Position numbers and translations under genes: made by a program. Source: an uncultured Gammaproteobacteria bacterium (GTDB taxonomy: Bacteria > Pseudomonadota > Gammaproteobacteria > UBA9214). From it: 64,000 nt of DNA. Positions 41,496 through 52,038 of the stretch are shown piece after piece. The stretch is from positions 5,431-69,430 of the forward strand of contig CAVYHX010000014.1 in NCBI GenBank assembly GCA_963768415.1, read 5' to 3'. The notes below the pieces were generated by a model. It saw nothing but the letters and a program-made list of their open reading frames with translations. It ran no database searches and was not told the origin of the DNA. Each line of letters begins with the position of its first letter. Within the stretch, counting starts at the first letter, position 1.

Positions 41496-42072
41496 TCATT
41501 GTGCGCGATCGGCCGCCGGGGCCTGCGACACGATTACCATGGCGGGCCGGATCAGACGGTCGTGCAGCAGGATAACCCTTCTGGACCACCGTGACTACGG
41601 TGTTCGGCTCGACATCGGCGCGTTCCTGCATGGACATGGCCTGGTGAAACTCCGGATTGAAGGGCTCATCCTGCGGATCGATTTCCTGGATGGCGAATTT
41701 ATCCAGCGCACCGTTCAGCATTTGCAAGGTCAGCTCGACACCTTCCCGGACCTTGCCGGCGTCGGCATGCTCTTCACTGGCGGCCGCCAGCCCCAGTTCC
41801 AGGCTGTCGCGTACCGGCAGCAGTTCGCGGGCAAATTTTTCCAGGGAATACTTGTGGGCATTGGCAAGCTCCCGTTCGGAACGCTTGTGCATATTCTCCA
41901 GATCGGCACGCAGGCGCAGGCACTGGTCCCAGTGCTCGTCCGCCTTGCCCCGCGCATCCTCCAGCAAGGCTGCCAGCTGCACATGATCCGTGACTTCACC
42001 GGCCGCAGGCTGGGCTGCCTCCCCGGCTGTTTCGGTGACGACATCATCTGCCTTGTTTTGATTTTCAGACAT
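41496..42072 (-). pseudogene. grpE: Nucleotide exchange factor GrpE, C-terminal frame broken by one extra base at about 41570-41571
   Basis: The tracked ORF reads ..NTVVTVVQKGYPAARPSDPARHG... Skipping one C gives ..VVQKGYLLHDRLIRPAMVIVSQAPAADRAQ* (E. coli has ..MQKGYTLNGRTIRAAMVTV..). The corrected stop at 41496-41498 precedes the dnaK promoter. Confidence 0.88.
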
Positions 42073-42173
42073 AGGGTTACTCCACAATCTTCATAATTCA
42101 GATAACTTCATTCAGCCTGCCCGCTGCCAGGCATTCCGGCGTGCAAACAGAACTTGAACGGCAAATATGGGGA

Positions 42174-43217
42174 TTAATCTTTCTGCTTCAAGGCCGCACT
42201 CAGCAGGCGGGCCGTGGCATCGACGATCGGGATCACGCGCTCATAGGCCATGCGGGTCGGACCAATGACGCCCAGCATACCGACTATCTGGTTATCGATC
42301 GAGTACGGCGCCGTCACCATGCTGCATTCATCCAGAATCTGGTAACCGGATTCCTCGCCAATAAAAATCTGAATGCCCTTCCCGTGCACGCACTGATCGA
42401 GCAGGTGCAGAATATCGCGTTTCTGGTTGAAGGCATCGAACAGCTTGCGCAGTTTCTCGATGTCGCACAGCTCCCGGAACTCCATGAGATTGGTCTGACC
42501 CGCCATGACGAAGTCCTCGTCCCGGTTCCGCTCCAGGATCTGGTCCGCCATCTGCATGGCTGTGAGCATCATGCTGTTCATGGTGGAACGCGCTTCCTGC
42601 ATATCCCGCAACAGCGTCTCGCGAACATCAGCCATATCCTTGCCGGCAAACAATTCATTCAGATAATTGGACGCCTGCTGCAGCTCTGCTGCGCTGCACT
42701 GCTTTTCCGTCGTAATCATGCGGTTCTGTACCTCATCCTCGCTGGTCACGAGGATTGCCAGAACCTGATTCTTGGAGAGCGGCAAAAACTCAAAGTGCTT
42801 GAAAAATGCATGTTCGTGCTTCGGCAGGGTCACCATGCCAGCCAGGTGGGTGACGCCTGACAATAATCCCGAGGCGGTCTCGATCAGGATCTTGGGCGCC
42901 ATCTCGACCGCAAACTGATTGCGGATCTCCTGTATTGCGCGCTCATCCAGTGGCTGCACCGTGAGCAGCGTATCCACAAAAAAACGATAGCCCTGCACGG
43001 TCGGCACACGTCCGGCCGAGGTGTGTGGCGAACTGACGAAACCCAGATCTTCCAGATCAGCCATGACATTGCGAATGGTGGCCGGGCTCAACTCCAGCCC
43101 GGCGTCCCGCGCCAGGGTGCGCGAGCCTACCGGCTGGCCATCCTGCACATAGCGCTCGATGAGCGCCTTGAGCATTTGCTGGGCGCGATCGGAGATGTCC
43201 GGTATTGAATCAGTCAT
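42174..43217 (-). CDS. hrcA: Heat-inducible transcription repressor HrcA
   Basis: About 347-353 aa (ATG at 43217 or TTG at 43235). It has an N-terminal winged-helix region ..LKALIERYVQDGQPVGSRTLA... It lies upstream of grpE-dnaK-dnaJ. Confidence 0.9.
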   Translation of the reverse strand: MTDSIPDISDRAQQMLKALIERYVQDGQPVGSRTLARDAGLELSPATIRNVMADLEDLGFVSSPHTSAGRVPTVQGYRFFVDTLLTVQPLDERAIQEIRNQFAVEMAPKILIETASGLLSGVTHLAGMVTLPKHEHAFFKHFEFLPLSKNQVLAILVTSEDEVQNRMITTEKQCSAAELQQASNYLNELFAGKDMADVRETLLRDMQEARSTMNSMMLTAMQMADQILERNRDEDFVMAGQTNLMEFRELCDIEKLRKLFDAFNQKRDILHLLDQCVHGKGIQIFIGEESGYQILDECSMVTAPYSIDNQIVGMLGVIGPTRMAYERVIPIVDATARLLSAALKQKD

Positions 43218-43260
43218 GCTATATGCCCTGGGCAAGTCGCGCGGTTGCAGATCCTGTAAT

Positions 43261-43287
43261 CTGGCACTCTCGCAAAGAGAGTGCCAA
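43261..43287. promoter_or_regulatory. CIRCE-like HrcA operator
   Basis: ctggcactc-tcgcaaaga-gagtgccaa compared with the consensus TTAGCACTC-N9-GAGTGCTAA. The arms are 8 bp and perfect, with the exact N9 spacer. It lies about 44 nt upstream of the hrcA ATG. Confidence 0.7.
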
Positions 43288-43400
43288 TGGCAACGTACAA
43301 CTGCCCCCGGCAGGTGTCAAGCTACCTGCCGGCACCACCCGCGGGTGTTGGCCGTCTTGATAAGTCATGTTAGGTTCCCGGTACAACCACAGGATAAACC

Positions 43401-44276
43401 ATGAAACCCCATTTCAAGCGTGTTGGACTGATCGGCAAATCGGCGGACAAAAACGTATCTGCCACACTGCGCATGCTGACTGCGTTCCTGGAACGGCTGA
43501 AAACCAGGATCTTCCTGGATGAGGGTATTGCGGATATCTTCAGCGACCACCCCTATCCGGTAGTTGAACGTACCGAACTGGCCGGCAAATGTGATCTCGC
43601 CATCGTTGTCGGTGGTGATGGTACCCTGCTGAACGCCGCGCGCAGCCTGGCCGGGCCGGGCGTAGCGGTCCTCGGTGTCAACCTCGGCCGTCTGGGCTTC
43701 CTGGTGGACGTCTCCCCGGAAGACATGACCCGGCAACTGGAACATATCTTCGCCGGGGACTTCAGCGAAGAACAGCGCACGCTGCTGCATGCAACGGTAA
43801 CCCGCAACGCTGAGGTCGTCAGCAGCAGCGCGGCCCTGAATGATGTCATTGTCCACAAGACAGACATCGCGCGCATGATCGAACTGATGACGTATATCGA
43901 CGGCAGTTACCTCAATTCAAACCGCTCCGATGGGCTGATTGTGGCCACGCCGACCGGCTCCACGGCATACGCCCTGTCCGGCGGCGGCCCGATCCTGCAT
44001 CCCAGGCTGGATGCGATCACCCTGGTGCCCATTTGCCCGCACACCCTCAGTAACCGGCCGATTGTGATTCACGACGCAGCGACCATCGAGATCGTGGTGC
44101 ACCGGGACACGCTCGAAGCGCGCATTTCCTGCGACGGGCAAATAAGCCTGTCACTGGCGGCCGGTGACCGGATCACCGTGCGCAAGCATGAGCATACATT
44201 GCGCCTGCTGCACCCGCCGGGTCACGACTACTACGCCATGTTGCGGGAAAAACTGCGCTGGAGCGAACAGCCTTGA
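43401..44276 (+). CDS. nadK: NAD(+) kinase
   Basis: 291 aa with the ..DLAIVVGGDGTLL.. and ..ATPTGSTAYALSGGGPI.. motifs. Confidence 0.94.
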   Translation: MKPHFKRVGLIGKSADKNVSATLRMLTAFLERLKTRIFLDEGIADIFSDHPYPVVERTELAGKCDLAIVVGGDGTLLNAARSLAGPGVAVLGVNLGRLGFLVDVSPEDMTRQLEHIFAGDFSEEQRTLLHATVTRNAEVVSSSAALNDVIVHKTDIARMIELMTYIDGSYLNSNRSDGLIVATPTGSTAYALSGGGPILHPRLDAITLVPICPHTLSNRPIVIHDAATIEIVVHRDTLEARISCDGQISLSLAAGDRITVRKHEHTLRLLHPPGHDYYAMLREKLRWSEQP

Positions 44277-44467
44277 GTCAAGCCGGGTGGTGAACAGCGG
44301 GTTACGGGCTGCCTGCCCGACTGCGATATCAGGGAATTCTTACTCATCTATTCATTTCGACCGCGGAGAATATCCATTACTATTGCGTCTCGAGTGAGTA
44401 CCGCAGCAAGCAAACCTCCCGCAAGCGGGATGACGGTCAATACAGGACGCAAGTCAAGCGGGACATC

Positions 44468-46186
44468 ATGCTGACCCACATACACATTCGAAATTTCGCC
44501 ATTGTCGATGAAATCGACCTGGAGCTCGATGGCGGCATGACGGCCCTGACCGGTGAGACCGGTGCAGGCAAATCCATCCTCGTCGATGCCCTGGGGCTGG
44601 TGCTGGGCGACCGGGCCGACAACAGCGTGATACGACATGGTTGTGACCGTGCCGAAATTTCCGCCGGCTTTGACATCCATGATCGATCCGGCGTATCTGC
44701 CTGGCTTGCATCCCGGGATCTGGATATGGACGGCGAGTGCCAGCTGCGCCGTATTATCAGTCGTACGGGGCGCACCCGTTGCTACATCAATGGCCAGCCG
44801 GTGCCGACGCAGTCCCTGCGCATACTGGGTGAGCAGCTGGTCGACATCCACGGCCAGCACGAGCACCAGTCCCTGCTGCGGACGGGTGTACAGCGCCAGT
44901 TACTGGACAGTTTTGGCGGCCACGACTCACTGCTGGGAAAACTCACCACCCTCCATGCGGACTGGAAAGCAGCTGACGCTGCACTGCAGGAGGTCATGCG
45001 AAATGATTCGGACCGTGATGCCCGGCTGGATTTGCTGCGCTACCAGGCACAGGAACTCGAAGCCCTGGGACTTACCGCGCCGGAAATCCTCGAGCTCGAT
45101 GCGGAATTCGCGCGCCAGGCCAATGCCGGCCGCCTGCTGGAATCCTGTGTGCAGGGGCTGGCACGGCTCGACGGCGATACGAGCGACAACGCTTACAGCC
45201 TGATCAGCACCACACTGAATGAATGCACCGAGCTCACCGGGCTGGACACGCAACTGGAGGCAACCGGCCGTTTACTGAACGAGACCCTGGTCCTGCTGCA
45301 GGAAAGCATTGACGCGCTCAGGCACTATTCGGAGCAGCTGGAAATCGATCCGAAACGCCTGCATTGGCTGGAAGAGCGTATCGGCATTCTCCACGACCTG
45401 TCGCGCAAACACCGCTGCCGGCCGCAAGAATTACCCGCCATCCTCGAACATATACACGCGGAACTTGACTCCATCGAACATGCGGACCAAAACCGCGAGA
45501 CGCTACAGGAACAGCTGCGCGAGCTGTCCCAGGCCTACCTGGAAACGGCAACCAAACTCGGCGCGCAACGGGTCAAGGCCGCCAGGTTATTTGGAAAACA
45601 GATTACCGGGGCCATGCAGACGCTTGGTATGGAGGGCGGTCAATTCGAGGTCAGCGTCAGCTCGCGCCCGGACAAGCCCTATGCTTCGCATGGCCTGGAC
45701 ACGATTGAATTCAGGGTCAGCGCCAACAAGGGGCAGCCGGTCCGCCCCCTGGGCAAGGTCGCCTCCGGCGGCGAACTGTCCCGCATCAGCCTCGCGATCC
45801 AGGTGATCTCCGCCGACAGTGAAACCATTCCAACCCTGATTTTCGATGAAGTGGACAGCGGAATCGGCGGTGGTGTGGCCGAGATCGTGGGACAAAAACT
45901 GCGCGCCCTCGGCAGCGGGCGGCAGGTACTGTGTGTCACTCACCTGCACCAGGTCGCGGCACAGGCCAGTCAGCAACTCCAGGTCACCAAGCTGTCCGGC
46001 GCGGATACCACCCGCACCCGCATCCGCAAACTTGACGGGGACGAGCGCATCGATGAACTCGCGCGCATGCTCGGCGGTATCAACATCACCGCGCAGACCC
46101 GCGAACATGCGCGCGAGATGATTAACCAGGCCCAGGGAACCGTAACGCCGAAACGGAAAAAGAAAAAAACAAAACGCGCCGGGTGA
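44468..46186 (+). CDS. recN: DNA repair protein RecN
   Basis: 572 aa, MLTHIHIRNFAIVDEIDLELDGGMTALTGETGAGKSI.., an SMC-like protein with a C-terminal ..SGGELSRISLAI.. signature. Confidence 0.95.
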   Translation: MLTHIHIRNFAIVDEIDLELDGGMTALTGETGAGKSILVDALGLVLGDRADNSVIRHGCDRAEISAGFDIHDRSGVSAWLASRDLDMDGECQLRRIISRTGRTRCYINGQPVPTQSLRILGEQLVDIHGQHEHQSLLRTGVQRQLLDSFGGHDSLLGKLTTLHADWKAADAALQEVMRNDSDRDARLDLLRYQAQELEALGLTAPEILELDAEFARQANAGRLLESCVQGLARLDGDTSDNAYSLISTTLNECTELTGLDTQLEATGRLLNETLVLLQESIDALRHYSEQLEIDPKRLHWLEERIGILHDLSRKHRCRPQELPAILEHIHAELDSIEHADQNRETLQEQLRELSQAYLETATKLGAQRVKAARLFGKQITGAMQTLGMEGGQFEVSVSSRPDKPYASHGLDTIEFRVSANKGQPVRPLGKVASGGELSRISLAIQVISADSETIPTLIFDEVDSGIGGGVAEIVGQKLRALGSGRQVLCVTHLHQVAAQASQQLQVTKLSGADTTRTRIRKLDGDERIDELARMLGGINITAQTREHAREMINQAQGTVTPKRKKKKTKRAG

Positions 46187-46221
46187 AAAAACCGTAGAAA
46201 AACCTCACCAAAATATTGCAC

Positions 46222-46324
46222 ATGTAGGTTGGGCAAAGGAGCGCAGCGACGTGCCCAACATGCGATCTATAGTCGTTCAGGCTCGATCCGATTGTTGGGC
46301 ACGCTTCGCTTGCCCAACCTACAT
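46222..46324. repeat. REP/MITE-like palindromic element (atgtaggttgggcaa ... ttgcccaacctacat)
   Basis: 15-bp perfect terminal inverted repeats at 46222-46236 and 46310-46324. A nested pair tgcccaaca/tgttgggca lies at 46252-46260 and 46293-46301. The element sits between the convergent recN and fur genes. Confidence 0.8.
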
Positions 46325-46351
46325 ATCTGCGGATTGTTTGGTCAACCGTCC

Positions 46352-46765
46352 CTACTGCCCGCGGCAACCCGGGCAGATGCCATACATGTACAGGCAGTGA
46401 TCGGTCATTTCGTAACCCAGGTCAGCGGCAATCGCCCGCTGCCGCTGTTCAATGGTTTCATCGACGAATTCATCGACACGCCCGCATTTTACGCACAGGA
46501 TGTGATCATGGTGGGCGCCCGCATCGAGCTCAAACACCGAATGGCCGCCCTCAAAGTGGTGCCGCTTTACCAGCCCGGCCGCCTCAAACTGGGTCAGCAC
46601 GCGATATACCGTAGCCAGGCCGATGTCTTCGCCACTGTCCAGTAATGCCTTGTAGACATCCTCCGCACTGTGATGGCGGCTGTCGCTGCCTTCCAGGATA
46701 TCCAGGATCTTCACCCGGGGCAGTGTCACCTTCAGTCCTGCCTTGCGTAACTCGTTGGATTCCAC
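46352..46765 (-). CDS. fur: Ferric uptake regulator
   Basis: 137 aa, ..LKVTLPRVKILDILE..HHDHILCVKCGRVDEF..CPGC... Confidence 0.95.
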   Translation of the reverse strand: MESNELRKAGLKVTLPRVKILDILEGSDSRHHSAEDVYKALLDSGEDIGLATVYRVLTQFEAAGLVKRHHFEGGHSVFELDAGAHHDHILCVKCGRVDEFVDETIEQRQRAIAADLGYEMTDHCLYMYGICPGCRGQ

Positions 46766-46853
46766 AGTCTCCTCTCCTTTCCTGATGCCAATGAAGGCGA
46801 ACTTGGGGTATCATCCGGCCGGTTGATTTCAAGGGAAACTGGCTGGCCTGCAA

Positions 46854-47309
46854 ATGAAAAAGCTTCTCATTATTGTTACATGCTTTGCAAGCCTTGGCCT
46901 TGCCGCCTGCACCTGGACCGGCTTTGTCTATAAAATCGATGTCCAGCAGGGGAATGTCGTCACCAGGGAACAGGTCAGCCGACTGGAACCCGGTATGACG
47001 CGGCGCCAGGTGCGTTTCATTATGGGATCACCAATGGTCGCAGATGTGTTTCACCAGGATCGCTGGGATTATATTTACCGTTTACAGCCAGGGTATGGCA
47101 AGACTGAGGAAGAGCGGGTGACGTTGCACTTCAACGAAGACATCCTGGATCACATTGCCGGGACAATACGGCCCACGGAACTGGGCGAAGACACGCCAGC
47201 GCAGCCACAGCAGATAACGCTGGTGGTACCGCCCTACGAACGCGAAACACCGGGCGTCCTGACCAAACTATGGCGCTGGATAACCTTTCGCGAGCCGGAA
47301 GAACCCTGA
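46854..47309 (+). CDS. bamE: Outer-membrane protein assembly factor BamE (OmlA/SmpA)
   Basis: 151 aa with the lipobox LGLAAC followed by ..[35 protein letters not shown]... It is divergent from fur. Confidence 0.9.
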   Translation: MKKLLIIVTCFASLGLAACTWTGFVYKIDVQQGNVVTREQVSRLEPGMTRRQVRFIMGSPMVADVFHQDRWDYIYRLQPGYGKTEEERVTLHFNEDILDHIAGTIRPTELGEDTPAQPQQITLVVPPYERETPGVLTKLWRWITFREPEEP

Positions 47310-47315
47310 CGGGGA

Positions 47316-47630
47316 TTAACTCCCTGCCCCCTTTTTCATGACCTTGCCCTGGGCGGCACGCTGCTTTCTGACCTGCTTGGGATCCGCGATCAATGGCCGG
47401 TAGATCTCCACGCGATCACCCGCCTGCAGGGTATCGGTCAGTTTGGCCAGTTTGCCAAAGACGCCCACCTTGTTCCTGCCAAGATCGATATCCGGAAATC
47501 GTTCCAGCATCCCGGAGGATCGTATTGCCTCTTCCAGGGTCGTGCCCTGATGCACATCAAGCCGGATAATGACCTGGTTCGCGGGCAGCGCGTAGGCCAC
47601 TTCGACGCTGATTATGTCAGCGTGCTCCAT
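47316..47630 (-). CDS. rnfH: RnfH-family ubiquitin-like protein (YfjF/RatB)
   Basis: The ORF extends to 47819. The likely start is [26 protein letters not shown]... It overlaps the 3' end of ratA, as in enterobacteria. Confidence 0.85.
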   Translation of the reverse strand: MEHADIISVEVAYALPANQVIIRLDVHQGTTLEEAIRSSGMLERFPDIDLGRNKVGVFGKLAKLTDTLQAGDRVEIYRPLIADPKQVRKQRAAQGKVMKKGAGS

Positions 47631-48084
47631 AGATCTCCACGGCACGCTGCTGGAAGGCATCCACCAGGGAATTCGCGATCTGGCTGAAGACCGGCCCCAC
47701 CACCATACTGACCAGGCGGCTGGAAAAATCATACTCGAGGTAAAGCGATATCTTGCAGCCACTCTCGCCCAGGGGGTCAAAACGCCAGTTGCCGGTGAGG
47801 TGACTGAAGGGTCCATCAACCAGGTGCATTTCGATCATTTTATTGACCTGGTGCCGGTTGCGCGTGGTGAATGATTTCAGCACCCCGCCAACGGCAAACT
47901 CGATCCTGGCGCGGACTTCGTCCCGGCCACTGGACAGAATTTCCGCCCCGTTGCACCAGGGCAGGAACTGCGGATATGCCGGAATATCACCGACCAGCGT
48001 GAACATTTCCTGCGGTGTGTAGGGCACCAGGGCAGAGCGGTCGATTGATTCCAATTCAGTTGCCTGTCGAGAAGATATCTGCAT
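47617..48084 (-). CDS. ratA: SRPBCC-family protein RatA/YfjG (Coq10-like)
   Basis: About 155-161 aa, ..[27 protein letters not shown]... It lies in the conserved neighbourhood of smpB. Confidence 0.85.
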   Translation of the reverse strand: MQISSRQATELESIDRSALVPYTPQEMFTLVGDIPAYPQFLPWCNGAEILSSGRDEVRARIEFAVGGVLKSFTTRNRHQVNKMIEMHLVDGPFSHLTGNWRFDPLGESGCKISLYLEYDFSSRLVSMVVGPVFSQIANSLVDAFQQRAVEIYGAR

Positions 48085-49465
48085 CAAGAATACCGATGGC
48101 ATTCAAAAATACGACTATCACCGCGACTGGCGTGATATAGCGCACCAGGAAACGCCACAAGGGGTAGAAAAACCGGTCGCCCATGGCAAGCTCTTCCATA
48201 CTGGACTCGCGCGACATGGCCCGCGCAGCGAATACCGCAATCAGCAAACCACCCAGCGGCAACATGATATTCGCCGTCAGGTAATCGAGCAGTCCGAAAA
48301 TCGTACTGTCCCGGAAAACCGGAAACATCGACAGCAATTTGACCTCGGACCAGATGTTGAAGGAAAACACTGTCAGCAAACCGAACAGCCACGTTGCCAG
48401 TCCGGCAAACACTGCGGCAGTCACGCGTGTCAGTCCGTGATTCTCCACCAGCCACGCCACGGCCGGCTCGATCAGCGAGATGGCCGATGTCCAGGCGGCG
48501 AACACCAGCAACACAAAAAACAGCATGCCAAAAAAGGTGCCCCCGTCCATGTGCCCAAAGGCAATCGGCAGCGTCTGGAAGATCAGCCCCGGCCCGACAG
48601 CGGGCTCCAGTCCGTTGGCGAACACAATCGGGAAGATCGCCATCCCGGCCAGTAGTGCCACCAGGGTGTCCATCAGCGAAACCATAATGGATGTCTTGGC
48701 GATGGAGGCGTTATCCGGCAAATAAGAACCGTAGACCATGATTGCCCCCATCCCGAGGCTCAGGGTAAAGAAGGCATGACCCATTGCAATCATCACACCG
48801 TTGGGAGTGATACGGCTGAAGTCGGGCTCGAACAGAAATGTCAGACTCTGCTGGAAGGAGCCGCTGTTCCAGGCATAACCGACGAGCAGAAACAGCAACA
48901 CAAACAGCACCGGCATCAACAAACGCACCGCACGCTCCAGTCCGCCGCTGACCCCGCGCGCGACTACAATCATGGTCATGGTCATGAAGATGGTGTGCCA
49001 CGCCAGCAGGCGTTCCGGCTCGCTAACGAGGTTCGTGAAGATACTCTGGATACCATCCGCCGTCTGGCCGGTGAACAGGCCGCTACCGGCACGAAATACA
49101 TAGGCGAGTGCCCAGCCCGCAATGACGCTGTAATAAGAGAGGATAAGGAAGCCTGCGATTACACCCGCCCAGCCGAGCCATTTCCAGTGTCTGCTGGCAT
49201 TTTCCTCATATGCCAGGGTACGCATGGTGTTGATCGGACTCTGGCGGCCGCGCCGCCCGATCATCACTTCGGCCATCATGATCGGGATGCCGATGATCGC
49301 GATACACGCCAGATAGACCAGGACAAAGGCGCCACCACCGTTTTCGCCGGTGATGTACGGAAACTTCCAGATGTTACCCAGCCCGACAGCCGAACCTGTC
49401 GCTGCGAGAATAAAGGCCAGGCGACCGGACCACTGCCCGTGAATGGATGTACGCTCCCTTGCCAT
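48056..49465 (-). CDS. Sodium-dependent transporter of the neurotransmitter:sodium symporter (SNF) family
   Basis: 469 aa, ..[31 protein letters not shown].., with about 11-12 transmembrane segments. Confidence 0.9.
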   Translation of the reverse strand: MARERTSIHGQWSGRLAFILAATGSAVGLGNIWKFPYITGENGGGAFVLVYLACIAIIGIPIMMAEVMIGRRGRQSPINTMRTLAYEENASRHWKWLGWAGVIAGFLILSYYSVIAGWALAYVFRAGSGLFTGQTADGIQSIFTNLVSEPERLLAWHTIFMTMTMIVVARGVSGGLERAVRLLMPVLFVLLFLLVGYAWNSGSFQQSLTFLFEPDFSRITPNGVMIAMGHAFFTLSLGMGAIMVYGSYLPDNASIAKTSIMVSLMDTLVALLAGMAIFPIVFANGLEPAVGPGLIFQTLPIAFGHMDGGTFFGMLFFVLLVFAAWTSAISLIEPAVAWLVENHGLTRVTAAVFAGLATWLFGLLTVFSFNIWSEVKLLSMFPVFRDSTIFGLLDYLTANIMLPLGGLLIAVFAARAMSRESSMEELAMGDRFFYPLWRFLVRYITPVAVIVVFLNAIGILDADIFSTGN

Positions 49466-49573
49466 GCAGCATCTCCTCGATTGACGGCACGGGCATTGTC
49501 CGTGAATTGGCGGTTCATCTCAACCGGCCGGCCCGGCAATACGCGCCCCGGGCCGGATTGCTATACTGCGCCG

Positions 49574-50053
49574 ATGGGAAAAAAGAAGACAGCGGCCAAA
49601 GGCGCATCGAACACCATTGCACTCAACAAAAAGGCCCGTCATGACTATTTTATCGAAGACCGAATCGAAGCCGGACTGGCGTTGCAGGGCTGGGAGGTCA
49701 AGAGCCTGCGTGAGGGGCGGGCGCAGCTGACAGAGAGCTATGTCCTCATCAAGGACAACGAGGCCTGGTTGTTCGGTTTCCATATCAGTCCGCTGTCCAG
49801 CAGTTCCACCCATATAACACCGGAGCCGACACGCACCCGGAAATTACTCCTGCACCGGGGTGAACTGGACCGGCTGATCGGCGCCGTGGAACGCAAGGGC
49901 TACACGCTGGTACCCCTGGCGCTCTACTGGAAACGTGGTCTCGCAAAACTCGAAATAGCCCTGGCGCGCGGCAAGCACAGCCACGATAAACGCAGCACCG
50001 AGAAAGACCGCGACTGGCAACGGGAAAAAGGCAGAATACTGCGCGGCCGCTAG
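49574..50053 (+). CDS. smpB: SsrA-binding protein SmpB
   Basis: [46 protein letters not shown]... This is the 3' part of a longer spurious tracked ORF (48776-50053). Confidence 0.95.
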   Translation: MGKKKTAAKGASNTIALNKKARHDYFIEDRIEAGLALQGWEVKSLREGRAQLTESYVLIKDNEAWLFGFHISPLSSSSTHITPEPTRTRKLLLHRGELDRLIGAVERKGYTLVPLALYWKRGLAKLEIALARGKHSHDKRSTEKDRDWQREKGRILRGR

Positions 50054-50114
50054 GCCGGACGCAGGACGCCGGTCAGCACAGTAGTATCAACAGTTGGCAC
50101 TACCGGTTTGCGGT

Positions 50115-50777
50115 CTACTGCGGGGTTGACTGCACGGGCGCAGCGGAAGGATTTCCCCTGAGCTCTGTATTGCGCGACTCAAGTCGTGCAATGAGTCCAT
50201 CGATTCCCTCGCGGCGTATCAACTCTGAAAAACTGGAACGTTGGGTCACGACCAGGCTGACACCATCGATGGCCACGTCATAGATGAGCCACTTCTGTCC
50301 GGCCTGATGCAGACGAAACTCCGCCTTGATGAGCGGGGCGCCCGGCGCCTCGATACTCGCATGTACGATGGCCCGGCCATCAGTCGGCTGCTGGCGCATT
50401 GGCTGATAGCGTATCGTGTTGTTCTGGTAACTGGTTACCGATCGCAGGTAGGTATTTAGCAGGAGTTCGCGGAATTCGTTGATGAAGATCTGTCGTTGCG
50501 CCGGCGTCGCATCCCGCCAATGCTTGCCGAGCACCCAGCGAGACAGCTCGGTAAAATCCACATGCGGGTAGATAATATCGCTGGCAATCTCGCGCAGCCT
50601 GGCCTGGTCATTGATAATCTGCGGTTCATCCTTGATGATCCTGAGGATCTCGTCAGTCGTATCCTGCAACATCTCCACAGGACCTTGCCCTGCTGCCACC
50701 GCCATAGCCATGCCCGGTAACAGGCAGATCAGTAACAACACATGGTGAGGTATTAAATTTCGCTTTTTGTTATTCAT
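50115..50777 (-). CDS. MlaC/Ttg2D-family periplasmic lipid-binding protein (orphan, no other mla genes adjacent)
   Basis: 220 aa with a signal peptide. The C-terminal pattern ..WLIYDVAIDGVSLVVTQRSSFSELIRREGIDGLIARL.. is typical of MlaC. Confidence 0.75.
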   Translation of the reverse strand: MNNKKRNLIPHHVLLLICLLPGMAMAVAAGQGPVEMLQDTTDEILRIIKDEPQIINDQARLREIASDIIYPHVDFTELSRWVLGKHWRDATPAQRQIFINEFRELLLNTYLRSVTSYQNNTIRYQPMRQQPTDGRAIVHASIEAPGAPLIKAEFRLHQAGQKWLIYDVAIDGVSLVVTQRSSFSELIRREGIDGLIARLESRNTELRGNPSAAPVQSTPQ

Positions 50778-51043
50778 TATTCCTGCGCTCTTATCCGCTA
50801 GTCTGCCAGATCATCCTCGAGGGCTGACAGAACTCACGGTGGTAGACACAAACCCCCCTGCAGAGTTCAAGCATAGTCAACCGTGGACCAATATGAAAAC
50901 ACGCCAGCAGCCAGGTTATTAATTATTTATATTTCATACGATTGAAGCGTATTCTTAATGCCGTGATGCAAGCTACCGGATCGAGCCTGCCGGGTTGCCG
51001 GGATGATCCGGGGCACTGCCCCGAATGCGGCCATACGGCCCGG

Positions 51044-51928
51044 TCAATCCGCTGCCTTCAGTGCGGCAATGCGTTCTTCCAGGGGCGGGTGCGTCATGAA
51101 CAGCCGCTTGAACCCGGAACCGATCCCGCCGGATATACCAAAGGCCGCAAATTCGCCCGGCAGGTCGCGCGGCTCGTGCGCCCGCTGCAAGGCCTGTAAT
51201 GCACCGATCATTTTGCCGCGGCTGGACAGGCGGGCACCACCGGCATCGGCACGGAACTCACGCCGGCGCGAAAACCACATGACGATGATCGATGCCAGGA
51301 TGGACAGGAACACCTGGGCCACGATGGATGTAATGTAATACGCCGGGCCATAACCGCGTTCGGTCTTGAATACCACCCGGTCGACAACATGGCCAATAAT
51401 GCGTGACAGAAAAATCACGAATGTGTTTACCACACCCTGGATGAGGCCCATGGTGACCATGTCGCCATTACTGACATGGCTTATCTCGTGCCCGAGCACC
51501 GCCTCGACTTCATCGGCATTCATGTTTTGCAGCAACCCGGCACTGACAGCAACCAGTGCGTTGTTGCGGCGCATACCGGTAGCAAATGCATTCGGCTCGG
51601 CCGCATCGAATATGCCGACCTCCGGCATATCGATACCGGCACCCTGTGCCTGGCGTTTTACCGTATCGACCAGCCAGCGTTCGGTATTATTCGCCGGCTG
51701 TTCGATAATCCTGACGCCCATGGAGCGCTTGGCCAGGAACTTGGACATGGCGAGCGAGATAAACGAACCGCCAAAACCGATGACCGCTGACATGACCAGC
51801 AGGGCCTGGAGATTCAGGTCCACCCCGTTCTCGGCCAGGATACCCTCTATTCCGAGCACCTGGAAAACAATACTGATCAGCACCAGCACGGCGGCATTGG
51901 TGGCCAGAAACAGAACGATTCGCATCAT
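51044..51928 (-). CDS. htpX: Membrane zinc protease HtpX
   Basis: 294 aa, [17 protein letters not shown].., with the HEISH zinc motif (..[10 protein letters not shown]..). Confidence 0.95.
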   Translation of the reverse strand: MMRIVLFLATNAAVLVLISIVFQVLGIEGILAENGVDLNLQALLVMSAVIGFGGSFISLAMSKFLAKRSMGVRIIEQPANNTERWLVDTVKRQAQGAGIDMPEVGIFDAAEPNAFATGMRRNNALVAVSAGLLQNMNADEVEAVLGHEISHVSNGDMVTMGLIQGVVNTFVIFLSRIIGHVVDRVVFKTERGYGPAYYITSIVAQVFLSILASIIVMWFSRRREFRADAGGARLSSRGKMIGALQALQRAHEPRDLPGEFAAFGISGGIGSGFKRLFMTHPPLEERIAALKAAD

Positions 51929-52038
51929 AGTGATTTACCTTTTGTCACGTGCATAAGTAAGCGTCAGTGTATAGATTGTATTCGAAGGGGAAAATTCAAT
52001 CCCTGTCGCCACAAGTGGATGATGACCGCATCGCCAGG

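Noticed and set aside
42141-42172. CTTGAA and ATATGGGG (the reverse complement of CCCCATAT) lie close together at the hrcA 3' end, which suggested a sigma-32 promoter for grpE.
   Set aside because: The two half-sites are on opposite strands and in the wrong order for either direction, so this is not a functional -35/-10 arrangement.
44277-44467. I searched the recN upstream region for an SOS (LexA) box.
   Set aside because: There is no CTGT-N8-ACAG or other convincing palindrome. I cannot support a LexA site from the sequence alone.
47316-48102. ratA/rnfH could be a toxin-antitoxin pair.
   Set aside because: RatA is an SRPBCC/Coq10-like protein conserved next to smpB in many proteobacteria. 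The pairing with RnfH is housekeeping synteny. Nothing here suggests a mobile or defence-type toxin-antitoxin module.
48776-49573. The 5' two-thirds of a 425-aa ORF that ends as SmpB, which could be read as an N-terminally extended SmpB fusion.
   Set aside because: The upstream part is antisense to the SNF transporter and has no protein-like pattern. A normal SmpB N-terminus ([10 protein letters not shown]..) starts at 49574, in the gap after the transporter start.
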